Shown here in pieces: positions 23,901 through 36,521 of a stretch of 64,000 nucleotides of DNA. Source of the DNA: Camelus dromedarius (Eukaryota); the NCBI RefSeq assembly GCF_036321535.1, contig NC_087446.1, positions 28,768,001-28,832,000 on the forward strand, in the 5' to 3' direction. Each line of letters begins with the position of its first letter. The stretch's first letter is position 1. Position numbers and translations under genes: made by a program. The notes under the pieces were generated by a model. That model was not told where the DNA came from, searched no databases, and was given only the letters and a program-made list of their open reading frames with translations.

Positions 23901-23924
23901 CAAAAGCAAGCTCAAAACATGATA

Positions 23925-24050
23925 ATGTTAATAATCATATAAAATCTAATACTTATTGAGCCCTTACTATTGACAGACATTGTCCTAAGCCTATATTAAC
24001 TCATTATCCTCAAAACAACCCTACAATGGAGATAGTAGTAACTTTATTTT
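23925..24050 (-). mobile_element. MIR SINE (3' half)
   Basis: tacttattgagcccttactat...cattgtcctaagc...cattatcctcaaaacaaccct. Confidence 0.75.
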
Positions 24051-26087
24051 CCACAAGAGTCCAGGTTACTCCTCCATAACCTGAGAGACAAACGTTTGAA
24101 AAATTCAAATGAAATCAATCATCTCATTTGCTTCTTTAGTGATCTTGGTTTATTTTCTTTAGTGTCTGGATCTAGATGGAATTCAACAGGCTACCATCAA
24201 TAAAGCTATAGCTACCCAACGATCCAAGGTTGGTGTAAATCATCTAAATCAAGGGCAACTGTCCTCACTATTCAATTCTTCCATACTTATTTGTTCAACA
24301 AGAAACCACTGGACAATTTCTGCACAGTGGTGGCCATGACAGCCCCTTAGTGATGGATAGCTTGGGGTGTCCGACAATTCACATTGCCCCAGTGCATCTT
24401 GACCTCTCGGTCTTAAACTGGGTGGGAAAATGATCTGGCCCTACTTTGACAACATCATCCGGCAAGATTCCAACCCTTCCTCAGAAAAGGACAACTTCCA
24501 GTGACCTAGCAATGCTACCTGATCCAAACTGATTGGTGAACTAAAGAATGAAAGTGAACAAAGCCACAGACGCAGCCTTCATGAGCAGCCCCACCAATGG
24601 CATTTAGCCAACCATTTCTTCCCTAGTGCTTTAGAGAAAAGTCAGGGGTTGCTAGACTTTTCATCTATTTTCATATCTAATTGAAGTATCCTTTGATCTC
24701 CAATCTCAACGAAGAGACCCCAAGCACCACAGCACCAACAACGAAGTGCTTGGTGCTCAAACACCGCTTCTCCCCTGCCATTTGTCTCTGTTCTCTTCTG
24801 AAACCCACTATGTGTGAGTCCTCAGTAAGATCAAGGTGTTCAAACAGAGACTGGGGTTCGGATAAGGCTGCAGAAAGTCGCTAATCAATGTACTGAGTAA
24901 GTAAACACCACTGAGAAAACCCAGAGCATTGGTCCACTCCTCTGAATTTGGATCCTAAACGAGACCCTGAATCCATAAAAATGCAAATAAGGAAAGTGCT
25001 CCAGTGTCTTACAGCTCTGTCTGTCCGAGAGCCAAGACGTTCAATCATGCATGTGTGTTTTGCAGGCCCCAGGCTTTCCCTTCTCGTCCTTCCTTTGGCT
25101 GCCTCGTACACCATTTTTGGCAAGGAACACTCTGGAGAGGCCTGGAAAACTTTCCATCCAGTCACTCCCTTTGGTTAATTATTAGCAGCTCTGGTAGAAG
25201 TTGCTGGTGGGGCCACTGGAAACGACTATCTGAAAAGAGGTTTTTAGTTTAACTATAGAGCTCATTCATTGGGGGTTTCCAAAATTCGGTCCTCCAAAGG
25301 CTGAGATAACATGGACAAAGGTAAAATACTGAATTAAGAAATGATGTCTAGTCCCTTTTCTGGGACTAATTAGCTGAGTGATCTTGGTCAAAGGAGGGGA
25401 GGTAACTCACAAAAGGACACATTCTCAGACAGTGTTCTCTCATTTAATCCCCATAACAACCTATAACCTACAGTATTAACCTACTAACGTCTCCATTTTA
25501 CAAAGTTAGAGATTTGAACCCAAAGTCCCAAAACTTTGCATTAAACCATATAGCCTCATGCCATGTAATTGACCCAGTTTTCAGGTTCTTTACCTCAGAA
25601 AGCAAGACAGTTAAAGTGGTTAATCCCAAAACAGTGCTTCTAACTCTGTAAGCCAAGCAGCCAACAAACCATTTCTCTCTTAAAATTTCCACATACATTC
25701 TCCCTTCTCAGCCTAGATTTCCCAGTAAACTTTGGGGGCAAATAAACAAAATTATATTCTGCTAAAATAGTCATTCACCCATTAGCTGTCAATAGAACAC
25801 AGTCCTTTTTCTCCTGAAGCTATTGCTTCACCCTTGTTTACGTTACTCAGTTCCATCAGTTTAGAGCACATTAAAAAGCAGAACTCGGCCGGCTGGTTTA
25901 CGTTGGTGGTGAACTTTGTGCCTCAACTGTATCATAACCCCAAAGTTTACTCAACTCCACTTGGCAGTTCAACTCCTTGAGATAAAGTAGGTTTTCTCTG
26001 GGGGAAACCAGCAGCAGTTTATCTTGTTCTGCTGCTGGTGTACAGCTGGCTGGGCATCCAGTAGACAGTCATCTGCCAGTGGAAGGT

Positions 26088-26092
<5 letters not shown>

Positions 26093-26142
<50 letters not shown>
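26093..26142 (+). repeat. (CA)25 microsatellite
   Basis: Perfect dinucleotide run; an imperfect (TG)/(TCTG) run follows at about 26241-26305. Confidence 0.97.
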
Positions 26143-26146
<4 letters not shown>

Positions 26147-26730
26147 AGGAACGTGAAGAGAGTCCGGCAATATCAGGGGAATTAAAATCAATGCCTTTTT
26201 TAGGACCAAGGGAAGGTCTTCTTTTGGAAATCAATACTTTCTGTGTGCGTCTGTGTATGTATGTGTGTGTGTGTCTGTCTGTCTGTCTGTGGTTGCATGT
26301 GTGTGCTTCAGGATTATGTGGATGCATGCATAGGAGGTGGGTGGGGAACAGTGAGTGAAAGGAAAGGATCCTGGACAAACATTGAGGATCTAAAAGCAAT
26401 TCCTATTTTTTACACTCCAAAGTCCTATAAAGTTTGGATCAACTTCACATGCTTGAAACAGAAAGCTTCGTTTTGTTAATCATTTCCAAAACCATGTGTA
26501 GTCATTCTCTTGGAGAAAGTTATACTGATAGCAACAAAGTAATTTTTTTAAGTGTTTATGTAGGAAAATAATACAAGACGTGTGAAAGAGAGCAGTCTAT
26601 GCATTGGTGGTTTGGTGGGGATGCTAAGCAACAGGTAACATTCATGATGCAATCTACACCACCGGCCTGAAACTGCCTCCAAATTCAAGTTTGAGACAAT
26701 GTAGGCTTTTCCATCTCTGTTCAATTGTAG

Positions 26731-27160
26731 TGTTATGAGCTGAACTGTTCCCTCCTAAAGTCCTAACCCCCAGTACCTGTGAATATAAGTTTATTTGCAA
26801 ATAAGGTCTACCGATGATCAAGTTAAAATGAGGTCATTCGGTTGGGCCCTATTCCAATATGACTGTGTCCTTATAAAAGGGGGGAAAGTTGGACACAGAG
26901 ACAAATATGCACACAGGGAGAAGGCCATGTGAACCTGAAGGCAGAAATCACGGTGACGCATCCACAAGCCAAGGAAGACTGAATATCACCAGCAAATCCT
27001 CAGAAACCAAGAGGCAGAAATGGAGCAGATTCTCCCACACAGCCCTTAAATCGGATCAATCCTGCTGACACCTTCACCTTGGACCTCAAGCGTCCAAGTC
27101 TTTTGCTTAAGCCAGCCGCTTTGTGGCACTTTGTAATGGCAGCCCTAGCAAATAAATACA
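26731..27160 (+). mobile_element. MLT1B-like MaLR solo LTR
   Basis: tgttatgagctgaactg...gtcctaacccccagtacctgtgaat...gactgtgtccttataaaaggggg...gtaatggcagccctagcaaataaataca; near-TSD tgtag/tttag. Confidence 0.9.
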
Positions 27161-28510
27161 TTTAGGTTTTCTCAAGGTCCCCTCCTACAACCACACATCT
27201 CTCCTCTCACTCCTTTATTTGCACAACATCTCCAAAGGAAAGAAGAAATATTTGAGAGCCAGGTTTTCCTTCCATCTTCCTCTCCTGCTTGAATCCAGTC
27301 TTTCCTAATTTCCAAACAGGTGTTCATAAGATGCTTATGAACATAACACAACATAACAACAAGAAGTGGCTGATTCTACCCAAGAGCCAAATAGGAAGAA
27401 AAATGAAGAATCACTTTTGATCTGGGAACATTTCTCTCCCAAAGGCTTGCACTGAGGACTCTTGTGCCTGGATGATGTAGTGGCAGTTGAGGAAGAGGGG
27501 AGCCAAAACAGGATTTGCCTCTAATGGGTCCTTCAGTTCAAATCTGATATCAAATAACCTAATTAGATTCAGATATTCTGTTTGGGATACACACTGCGAG
27601 ATTGCAGCACTATTTTCAAGCAATTGATTTGAGCTATATATATACCTTTAGACAAGTTTGGTTTCCTTGCTTTGTTGCTGTTGTTTCTTCCTAGAGGGAA
27701 GAGGATGGAGCCTGATACTTAGAATCAGGTTGGAATTAGCTGTTGCTGAAAAATACTAGCCAAAGGACTGGCATTTGGAAAACACATTTCAGGGTGAATT
27801 TAGAAAGGGGAGTGGGTCCAAGCAGTTGAGAGGGGAACAGATGGCAGTGCATGCTGGGAGTTCCTGGCAAGAAGTCAGGCACTAGAAGGGGTGGTTGAAT
27901 GAAACACTTTTGTATCCAGGTTGCAGGAGAATCAGGAAGCTGCAACTCAACTTGGCAGCTTCTAATGCAAAATTTATTAAAGGGGAATGAATTTGATTAT
28001 AAACAAATGACAATTTATTTTTCAGATCTCTGCTCAGCTTCCTCAGAGAATTCTCCCGGAAGGGTTGAGCCCCTTAAATCACTATTCTAAGAGAGTAGGA
28101 GGTTCAAATATGACAATGTGGCTTCAACTTATCCTTCCCAATAAGCTTTGAAAAGATGGCAGCGATCTAAGAAAAATATCCAAACATAGAGAAGATTTGT
28201 TCCTTTCTAGCTATGACAAAATCACAGAAAAAATGTTGTATAGGATGACGTTAATAAAAGGTAAGAATCTTGATCTGTCAGTAAGAAAACCAGGAACTCT
28301 CAGCTGTTCCAGAAAGAGGAAGCTGTCACCCTTTGTGATGAGGTTTCTTTTGCCAGATAATATGTGCAACTGAAAAGCAAGGTTTGCCACTTGGCTGGTC
28401 ACTCCAAACCTATGTCTGACAGGGACACTTTAGAGGTTAGGCGCTGCTTCTGAATCTAGACAGTTTCAAATACTCACCTTGACAATACTAGACCACACTT
28501 CCAAACTCAC

Positions 28511-28921
28511 TGCGATAGTTAATTCTATGTGTCAGTTTGGTTGGGCCATGATGTGGTCAAACATTATTCTGGATTCTTCTGCAAGGGTGTCTTTGAATGA
28601 GAGGAACACTTAAAATGGTACATTTTAAGCAAAAGAGATTGCGCTTATAATGCTGGTGGGCCTCGTCCAATCAGTTGAAGGCCTGGATGGAACGAAAAGA
28701 CTGACCTCCCCCGAGCAAGAGGGAATTCTGATAATAGATGACCTTTGGACTTCATCTGCAATATTGGCTCTTCCTAGGTCTCCAGCCTGCCAGCCCATTC
28801 TGCAGATTTTAAATTTGCCAACCCTCATAATTGTGTGAACCAATTCCTTAACGTAAATCTCTTTCTACACAAACACACATTCTGTTGGTTCTGTTTTCTC
28901 TGGAGAACCCTGACTAACACA
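28511..28921 (+). mobile_element. MLT2D-like ERVL solo LTR
   Basis: tgcgatagttaattctatgtgtcagtttgg...gtgggcctcgtccaatcagttgaaggcctg...tctgttttctctggagaaccctgactaacaca; near-TSD ctcac/ctcag. Confidence 0.9.
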
Positions 28922-29359
28922 CTCAGTTAGAGATTTGTCCCCAGAAGCTGTCTAGTAAAGCTTCTAGCAGACACTAAAGATAATTTAAATTCAGTTTGAA
29001 TAATGCTTAAGGGTCAGCTGCAGCAGATAGTGGTGCAAAGACACATACATACACACACATCTCAAATAGGCATTAAAGCATCAGCTCTATGTTCAAGGGA
29101 AAGACAAATATGTCTGCTGACTTTCTCTGGGGTCATCATGTGGTTACAATGAAGGAGAAAACTTTCTCAGTGTCTCTCCTCTCCATACTTGTCATCCATC
29201 TCCATATCCCCAGCAGAATGCCAGGCATGTTGCATCTAATCAATGAAGGGATAGGATTGAATTTGGGGATGGTATGTGCTGCATAAGGGATCTCCACCCT
29301 ACTCTTCCGATTTTTACCAATCCCATTCCCAGCAACCAGGCAACTGCAACAGGAAAAAA

Positions 29360-29620
29360 ATATTCAACATTTATTGAGCAATCATTGTGTGCCAGACATT
29401 ATTAATAATCAAATGCACCACTTTTTACTTTTTCCTCAAAGGAACTTTATGAGGAAGGGACTTGCACTAACTCCATTTACAGATAAGGAAATGGAGACAC
29501 AGACTGTTAAGTGATTTATCAAGTGTCAGACACACATTTAGTTACATATCCAGTAAGATGCATAGCTGGGATCTGAACTCTGATAAAGATTAGCAATCTC
29601 CAGGTTAGAAGCTCCTAACC
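29360..29620 (-). mobile_element. MIR SINE
   Basis: tttattgagcaatcattgtgtgccagac...ctccatttacagataaggaaatggagac...ctgggatctgaactc. Confidence 0.8.
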
Positions 29621-29749
29621 TCCTCTGAACCCTGAAACACTGGAGACTGGTGTGGAAGAGTAAGTTCATGCTAGTAAGAAGAACTACAAGAGCCTGGATT
29701 CAGCATTTAGTGCATGGTTGGGTTTGTTGTTGTTGTTGTTGTTGTTGTT

Positions 29750-29924
29750 TTGTGGGGACTTTGTTGTGGGGACTGTCCAGTGCATGGTCACATGCTTGGT
29801 GGCATCTCTGGCCTCTTACTCCCTAGATACCCCATCTCTCAAGCTGTGGCTCAAAAATCATCTTCACACATTGCCAGGGGTCCCCTCTGGGATGAGGAAG
29901 GATCACCTCATTTGAGAATCACTG
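29750..29924 (+). mobile_element. MER20 hAT-Charlie MITE, preceded by a (TTG)n run
   Basis: tttgttgtggggactgtccagtgcat...gcatctctggcctct...cattgccaggggtcccct...ttgagaatcactg. Confidence 0.8.
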
Positions 29925-30332
29925 GCTTAATGTACTAAAACTCATCAACCCCTAGTGAAGCATTTTTACCTAAAACCAATGTAATTATGGTATCATTTCT
30001 CACAGTTATTTACAGAAGTTTCTCACTTTTATTCAGCATTTCCCTGGGGACTATGTGTGCAGCTGCCCCTAAGAGATTTTTCTAAAGGTGGTTAGAGCTG
30101 AGAGGAGACGTGAAAAAGCAAAATGCAAAAGAGGACACAAGGTGAATTCCCATTATGCTAATGAGACTCTTTGTCCTTAGGTTGGGGCCAGGCTGCCTGG
30201 GGACCTTGTCTTTCCCTAGAGTGAAACAACTGACTGGAGGGCTCTGTCACTCTGTCTCCGGTGATGTCAGAACTTCTGCCCTGGTTCTCAGAAACCCTTT
30301 GAGGCTGATAAAGAAAGGATGGAAACCACCCT

Positions 30333-30625
30333 TGTCTGCCCCTCTAGTTTTGCATGTTCTTTTCCCTCTGCCTGGAATTCTCTACCTCACCTCACCCTCA
30401 TCATTCTCAGTCATAATCCCCAGGTCTATTTCCCTGGTAAAACATTACCACTGGAAATCATATTTGTTTATTGGCTTACCTGCTGAATGTCTGTCCTCAC
30501 CACTCCTCACCTACCACTAGGACATAAGCTTCATGGAGCAGGGGCCCATAACTCTATCTCTAATTCCTAGGAAAAAAACATAATGTATACACAATGGGCA
30601 TTCTATACACACATGTTGAATTAAG
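30333..30625 (+). mobile_element. L2 3' fragment
   Basis: ttccctctgcctggaattctc...taggacataagcttcatggagcaggggc...catgttgaatt. Confidence 0.7.
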
Positions 30626-30728
30626 TAACTAACCCTAGAAGCTACCATGTACTCTTCAAATGTTTTGCATGTCTTTTTCTGAACCACAAATAGTTCATGA
30701 AATGATCTTTATGGGGCAATGAGGCAAA

Positions 30729-30998
30729 TGAGTCAAGAGGAAGAAGTCTTAAATGTTGAGTCACTGGATGTCATGTTGTGCGACTGGAGGGAGTGGTTTC
30801 AGCATCCCAGTGACCTCAGAAAAGACTCACAGATAAACCATCACCAATCTGCCAAGACCTTTTGATCCCAGCGTGGATGGAACACTAGTCCCTACGTGAC
30901 TCAGTCACCATTTGCTCCCACAAGGCACACACTCCACCCTTGTTAAGCCGTCATGTGTGAAGAGTCCTGAGACTTGCCCCAGCTGACTGTGCTCAGCA
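30729..30998. promoter_or_regulatory. Candidate AP-1/bZIP enhancer
   Basis: TGAGTCA at 30729 and 30757, TGACTCA at 30897, TGACnnnGC at 30984, in non-repeat DNA. Motif evidence only. Confidence 0.4.
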
Positions 30999-32696
30999 CT
31001 TCATTGCTTTGTTCTTCTTCCTTATTCATGAATTCTCTTGGGGAATGGAAGGTTTTTGTGTGTGTGTGTGTGGGATGAAGTGAAAGACATATGTAATAGA
31101 AAAACAAAACTGTGAAAAGAAAAAAAATGTTTTAAATCAAACTATGAAATGACTATAGGTTGATTCATCAGCGGGAAACACATGGAAACTATTATCCCAA
31201 AATTCAACAGTTATGAAACCTGAAACCCTGTTCAATATTTTGTTCAGAATTATGTATTTGGCCTTCAGGAATTCATGTTAATTGTCTGCTCAAATACCAA
31301 GGAAAACATCTCATTGGTTGGTTAAAATACTCATAAATGGGTCTTCTGCTTTTTTTTTTTTTTTCTGAATGAATATTAGAGAAACGAGAAAGAGACCACT
31401 TAAAAAGAACCCTGAGTTGATGTGTCTGCAGCTGGGAAAATTCTAAATCAAGCCCGTTTCATAGCCAAGGGCTGGAATGAGGTTAATAGAGAAGTAGTAG
31501 CAGGGAGCAGTTTGCTGTTCTGACCTTGGCCTTCTCAGCCTATTTGAGGTATGGCTACCACTGTGCAGAAGCTCAGGTCACATGAGACAGTCAGGGATCA
31601 AATGTTACCTCATCATTTTCTTTCCAGATTGGATTTCTAGTGTGCTACTCCTCTGCTGCTATAGTGACCATAATGATACCCTATGGATGGAGTTGACCTA
31701 CTTAACCAGTGATTCTACACACCATCCACAAAGATCACACAGTAAAGATAATAAGAATCTTTTCACATTAGTAGTATATCACCAGAACAACAAAATTTCA
31801 AATCTCTTTGAAACTTCCATGAAGGAAGGGGAAAGAAGTAATCATCTTGTTCTGCAGTTTCCTGGTCAGGCAACTAATACACTCATTACATTCAGATTCT
31901 CTCTCTCTCTCTGATCAAATGAATTACTCTTATCTCTAAGGTCTTTGGATTCCTTAGCAACCACAAGCTCTTTGCACACAGGCTTTGGGTTCTCTGCTTC
32001 AATTCCTCCACCCGTTTATAATAGGACAAGCAAAGCACCAACTGTCAACCCATGTTTGTAAAGTAGACTAGACTATCTGAGAAAATAGAAGCTATAAACT
32101 GAGACAAAACAGGATATATTCAGTAGCTCTGCTATGCCAAATATTGTTGGTAGTACATTCTTAAATTAAAACATTTTCAGCTAACCCAAAAAGTCAAAGG
32201 TCTTACTAGTTAAGTAAAAATAAGGAAGGGTATTATTAAACATTGGTGTTAACAAACATCATGGTTCAGGAACGTATCCCAGGGATAAGCTTCAGGGGAC
32301 GGACCAGGCAAAGAGATCTAGAAACAAGTTTCTGCGGGGGAAGAAAATGGAAAGGATGCTGAGGGGCAGTGCATGGAAACAAACTCTAAGATCCTCTGCT
32401 CCACATAAAGTTGGAGAAAATTCTATGTGTGATCTGTAGACTTTAGGGAGACAGAGAGTACCCTTCTGAAAGGTGACTGCCCACCACACTGCCTGGTGGC
32501 TCTCAGAATATCTGAAATAGAGCACGACATATTAAGGGCATCAATAAGCTTCCAGTGAGAGCGCCTGAGTGAAAGTTTCTCTGATTTACAGGAGACAGTC
32601 GTCAGGAAATCAGGAATATGTGAAGATCTTAACATTCATTCAGCAAGTATTTCTTGAGAGCCTGCCATATTATAAGCACTGTTTTAGGTTCTTGAG

Positions 32697-32994
32697 NNNN
32701 NNNNNNNNNNNNNNNNNNNNNNNNNNNNNNNNNNNNNNNNNNNNNNNNNNNNNNNNNNNNNNNNNNNNNNNNNNNNNNNNNNNNNNNNNNNNNNNNNNNN
32801 NNNNNNNNNNNNNNNNNNNNNNNNNNNNNNNNNNNNNNNNNNNNNNNNNNNNNNNNNNNNNNNNNNNNNNNNNNNNNNNNNNNNNNNNNNNNNNNNNNNN
32901 NNNNNNNNNNNNNNNNNNNNNNNNNNNNNNNNNNNNNNNNNNNNNNNNNNNNNNNNNNNNNNNNNNNNNNNNNNNNNNNNNNNNNNNNNNNNNN
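32697..32994. other. Assembly gap (298 N)
   Basis: Run of N. Confidence 1.
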
Positions 32995-33040
32995 CATGTA
33001 CTCTAATGGGAGGAAACAGATGATAAAAAGCAATGAATAA

Positions 33041-33163
33041 GACCTTGCTGAAAAAGAATATATATATATGAATCAAAAATGCTGTACACCAGAAACTAAC
33101 AACACTGTAAATCAACTATACTTCAATTAAAAAAACAAGAACAATTAAGTGTTAAAAAAAACC
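33041..33163 (+). mobile_element. 5'-truncated LINE-1 3' tail with a 12-bp target-site duplication
   Basis: agcaatgaataa at 33029-33040 and 33164-33175 flanks ctgaaaaagaatatat...tgctgtacaccagaaactaacaacactgtaaatcaactatacttcaattaaaaaaa. Confidence 0.9.
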
Positions 33164-33439
33164 AGCAATGAATAAATAAAACATGTAATTTAGACAGATG
33201 CCATGGAAAGAGATTGGGAAGATTGGGGGTGGTGGCATAATTTTAAATCGGGTGGTTAGGAAAGACTTCACGGAGAACTGACATCTGAGTAAAGATCTAA
33301 ATGCAGTCGAGGAGTGAACTAAGTGGATACCTAGGGGACGACGTTAACAAACGCATTGGCTTATTTCTGAATCACTGATTTAAGGTTGGGGGCTGTGATT
33401 CTGTAGACGAGTTCATGTGTTCATGGGAACACCTCACCT

Positions 33440-33870
33440 GGTTATCTTCTACTTGTCCCTCAGATTCCAGCTTAAAGTTGATTTCCTTGGGGAAGCATTT
33501 CTTATTTCTTTCTTGTGCAGGTTAGAAATCCCTTACTCCTGTGTCCCTACAGCATTCTCCTTCCTCTATCAAAATACTTATCACACTTCATTATATAACT
33601 TGTTGAATTGTTTTCTTTCCATGTTATTCTGAAAGGAGTGAAAAGACCGTCTGTCCCGCTCAACAGCATAGCCCTGGTGTCCAGCGCAGTGCTGAGAAGA
33701 CAGCTTCGTGTTGGGAACCAGACCACTGGGTTCATATCCTGGCTCTTCCACTTACCCAACACGTGTCTTTGGGCAAGTTACTGAACCTCTCTATGCCTCA
33801 GTTTCCTCATTCTTAAAATGAGAAAACGGTTCTAGCAAGTGTCTGGCACATAGCAGGTGCTTGATAAGTG
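33440..33870 (+). mobile_element. L2 fragment (about 33440-33690) followed by MIR (about 33690-33870)
   Basis: L2 cagcttaaagttgatttccttggggaagc...acttatcacact; MIR gggttcatatcctggctcttccactta...ttgggcaagttactgaacctctctatgcctcagtttcctcat. Confidence 0.8.
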
Positions 33871-35372
33871 AATCTGACAATCCCTACCTCCCCCGGGAAG
33901 ACTTGAAATCCACAGGGAGCACTTCTGTGACTGCACATCCACGACAGTGTGTCCCAGTGAGATAAGGATGAGTTTTAGACTCAAGTGAATCCAAGTCAGT
34001 TGGAATACCAAGGTTGGTGTCCCGTAATCACATAAATGGGGATAAAAGTCTCTCTTTCAAAAGCTGGTAGAGGATGAAAAGAGAGAACATACACAAGGGC
34101 TAGGGCACTCAGATGTTTTTCTGCCATCATTGTTACCTGCGCTTCACCTCGTGCTATCCTCCGGCTGCACTGCCTTCTATGATGTTCTACAAGCATCTCT
34201 GGTAGTCATTTCACCTTTCCTTAGGCCTGCACACTGGCCTCCCCTGTAAATTCTAAGTTTTGAGGGGTAAGACTCTGCATTTTATTTCTCAGAGATTCTA
34301 TGATGCCTTCACAGGGCAATTGCCAGAGCAGTGGGAATGAGTATTCATTCATTTGAGATGAATTGAATGAATAATTAATAGGGGGAAGAAAGGGAGAACG
34401 ACAGAGAGGGGGAGAGAGAGAGAGAGAGAGAGATCTTGTTAAGTCCAGGGTTATATGAAGAGTGGAGACCTAGGAATGGATCGTGGAAGTCAATGTAAAT
34501 GACTCATGCAAATGAACTGGCTGAAATAAATTTAGAGCTCCCTTAGGGGTAAAAATTCCATTACCATCCTTAGGATAGATATTTATCTGTTCAGAATCTC
34601 TTAGAGACATTCCTGCCTGAAGAAAGAGATGACCTCTCAAGATCCTTTCTTAATCTCTCTCTCTCTCTCTCTGACTCCTGTCTTTTTAAAATTAATTTAT
34701 CAATAAATTTAGACAGAAGGGGACAACAATATTATCTAAATAAGATGCATACTTTCCCACTTGTACAAATGAATTACTCCAAGAGATAACATAATTGCAG
34801 TTCAAGGTATTACTAAGAAAAACTAGCTACATTTTTATTAGATTAAAACAACTCTATGCAAGTAAATCAATCTGCTATTTTAATCCTAAACAGAGCAACT
34901 TTGAATTATGCAAAAAAAAAAAAAAGTAATGCATTACTTCTGGTGACCATAGAATGCATTACTAAAATCTTATTACCTATTACTGAAATATTTATTTCTT
35001 ATTACTAAAACATTACTGGATGCCATGATACATCATTCATAGGTGACTATCTGGTAACCTGAGTGCTGAGAGATGAGAAGTTTAAACAATATAAGGGAAG
35101 TTGGCTCAGCACATGGGAAAAGATATCTATTTCACAAAATGAGCCCACCAAATTTAAAGCACTGAATTAAGGAATTTACAAATCTGCCCAATAAAAGCAC
35201 ATATGAAAAGAATCCATGGGTTCCCTTGTCTACTTCTTCTTAAATATTTAAATATAGCAGTGTTTCTCACGCCGGGACTCAAGGGGTCATGAATTATATA
35301 AAATTTCTAAATTTCTGCATATTCACGCTAATGATATATTTTTTAATTATTTCATAGTTGTAACAACAGAAT

Positions 35373-35844
35373 TATATTGGTTTTTATCTTGCTGCTATAA
35401 CAAATTACCAAAAAGTTGGTGGGTTGAAACAACACACATGTGTCATTTAGTTTTGGAAGTCAGAAATCTGGCACGGGTCTCACTGGGCTAAAATCATGGT
35501 GTCATTCAGGCTGGGCTCCTTCCTGAGGCTTTATGGAAGAAGCCATTGTCTTGCCTTTTCAGCTTTGAGAGGTCATCCACATTCTTTGGCTTGTGGCCTC
35601 TTTCTTCTATCTTCAGAGCCAAGGATGTAGCATCTCCTGCTTCTGTTACCACATCTCTTTCTCTTACTGTAGCCTGAAAAGATTCTCCAAGTATAAGGAC
35701 TCAGGTAATTAGACTGGGCCCAGCTGGATAGTCTCCCTGTTTCAAAGTCCTTACTTTTGCAAAGTCCCTTTGATGATGTTTACAGATTTGGGAGATTAGG
35801 GTGTGGATGTCTTTGCAGGGGGCATAATTCTTCTGCCTAACACA
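35373..35844 (-). mobile_element. MLT1D-like MaLR solo LTR inserted in a hAT-type remnant
   Basis: ttgctgctataacaaattacca...ggaagtcagaaatctg...gattagggtgtggatgtcttt...ctgcctaacaca; near-TSD agaat/agaac; the left flank begins cagtgtttctca (hAT TIR-like, about 35259). Confidence 0.88.
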
Positions 35845-36521
35845 AGAACTCTTTTTCATTTATAATTGGCAACTGAAAACCAGTTTCTTCAAATAAGATT
35901 TTTAGCTTCATAAATCAGCATTTTTCAAATAGGAGTAGGTGGACACACAATCCTGAATATCTACAATATTGTTCAGATGTGTCTTGGTTTGAAAAACACA
36001 GACATTTGGCTTTTTTCATCAGTTCTAGACTTGTTGTCTAATCAGAGATAGGACTCTCGTGGGCACCAGTCAACTTTGTTTAGCTCTACCACCAAAGACT
36101 CCACCAGATAGGGATGCCAGTTTCTAAAAGCACATGAATACTTTGAATTCAAGAGGGTTCATGTTAAGGAGTTTAGACAGTATCACACAAAATGTATTGC
36201 CATTTCTAGAAAGATGACTCAATAATCATTTTCTACTATCGTGCAGCAGTCTCATTGTGACTAGGTAGAAAGACGAACCCATTAGACACGACTTCCAGAA
36301 TAACGCAGGGAGAGACTCCTACTCAGGGAGTGTGGAACTGGACGGACTTTCACTGCCCACTCTTGTCCCATCACCACTTTATGATACAAAAGAAACAACA
36401 CATCCTTGTTCAATCAGCATTAGAAACAGCTATTAGACAAGTTGCAAATGAAAGGTGTGACAAAAGGACAAGAAGCTGTGCGATGGCATTACAGACAAAA
36501 GGGGAAGGAGATCATAAAGAA

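Larger units (their letters stand above)
32630..33340 (-). mobile_element. L2 fragment spanning an assembly gap and interrupted by a short L1
   Basis: cattcattcagcaagtatttcttgagagcctgcc...; after the gap ggttaggaaagacttcacggagaactgacatctgag. Confidence 0.7.

Noticed and set aside
32569-33115. Long ORFs of 134-145 aa; likewise the 41410-41912 ORFs.
   Set aside because: Their length comes from N-runs translated as X.
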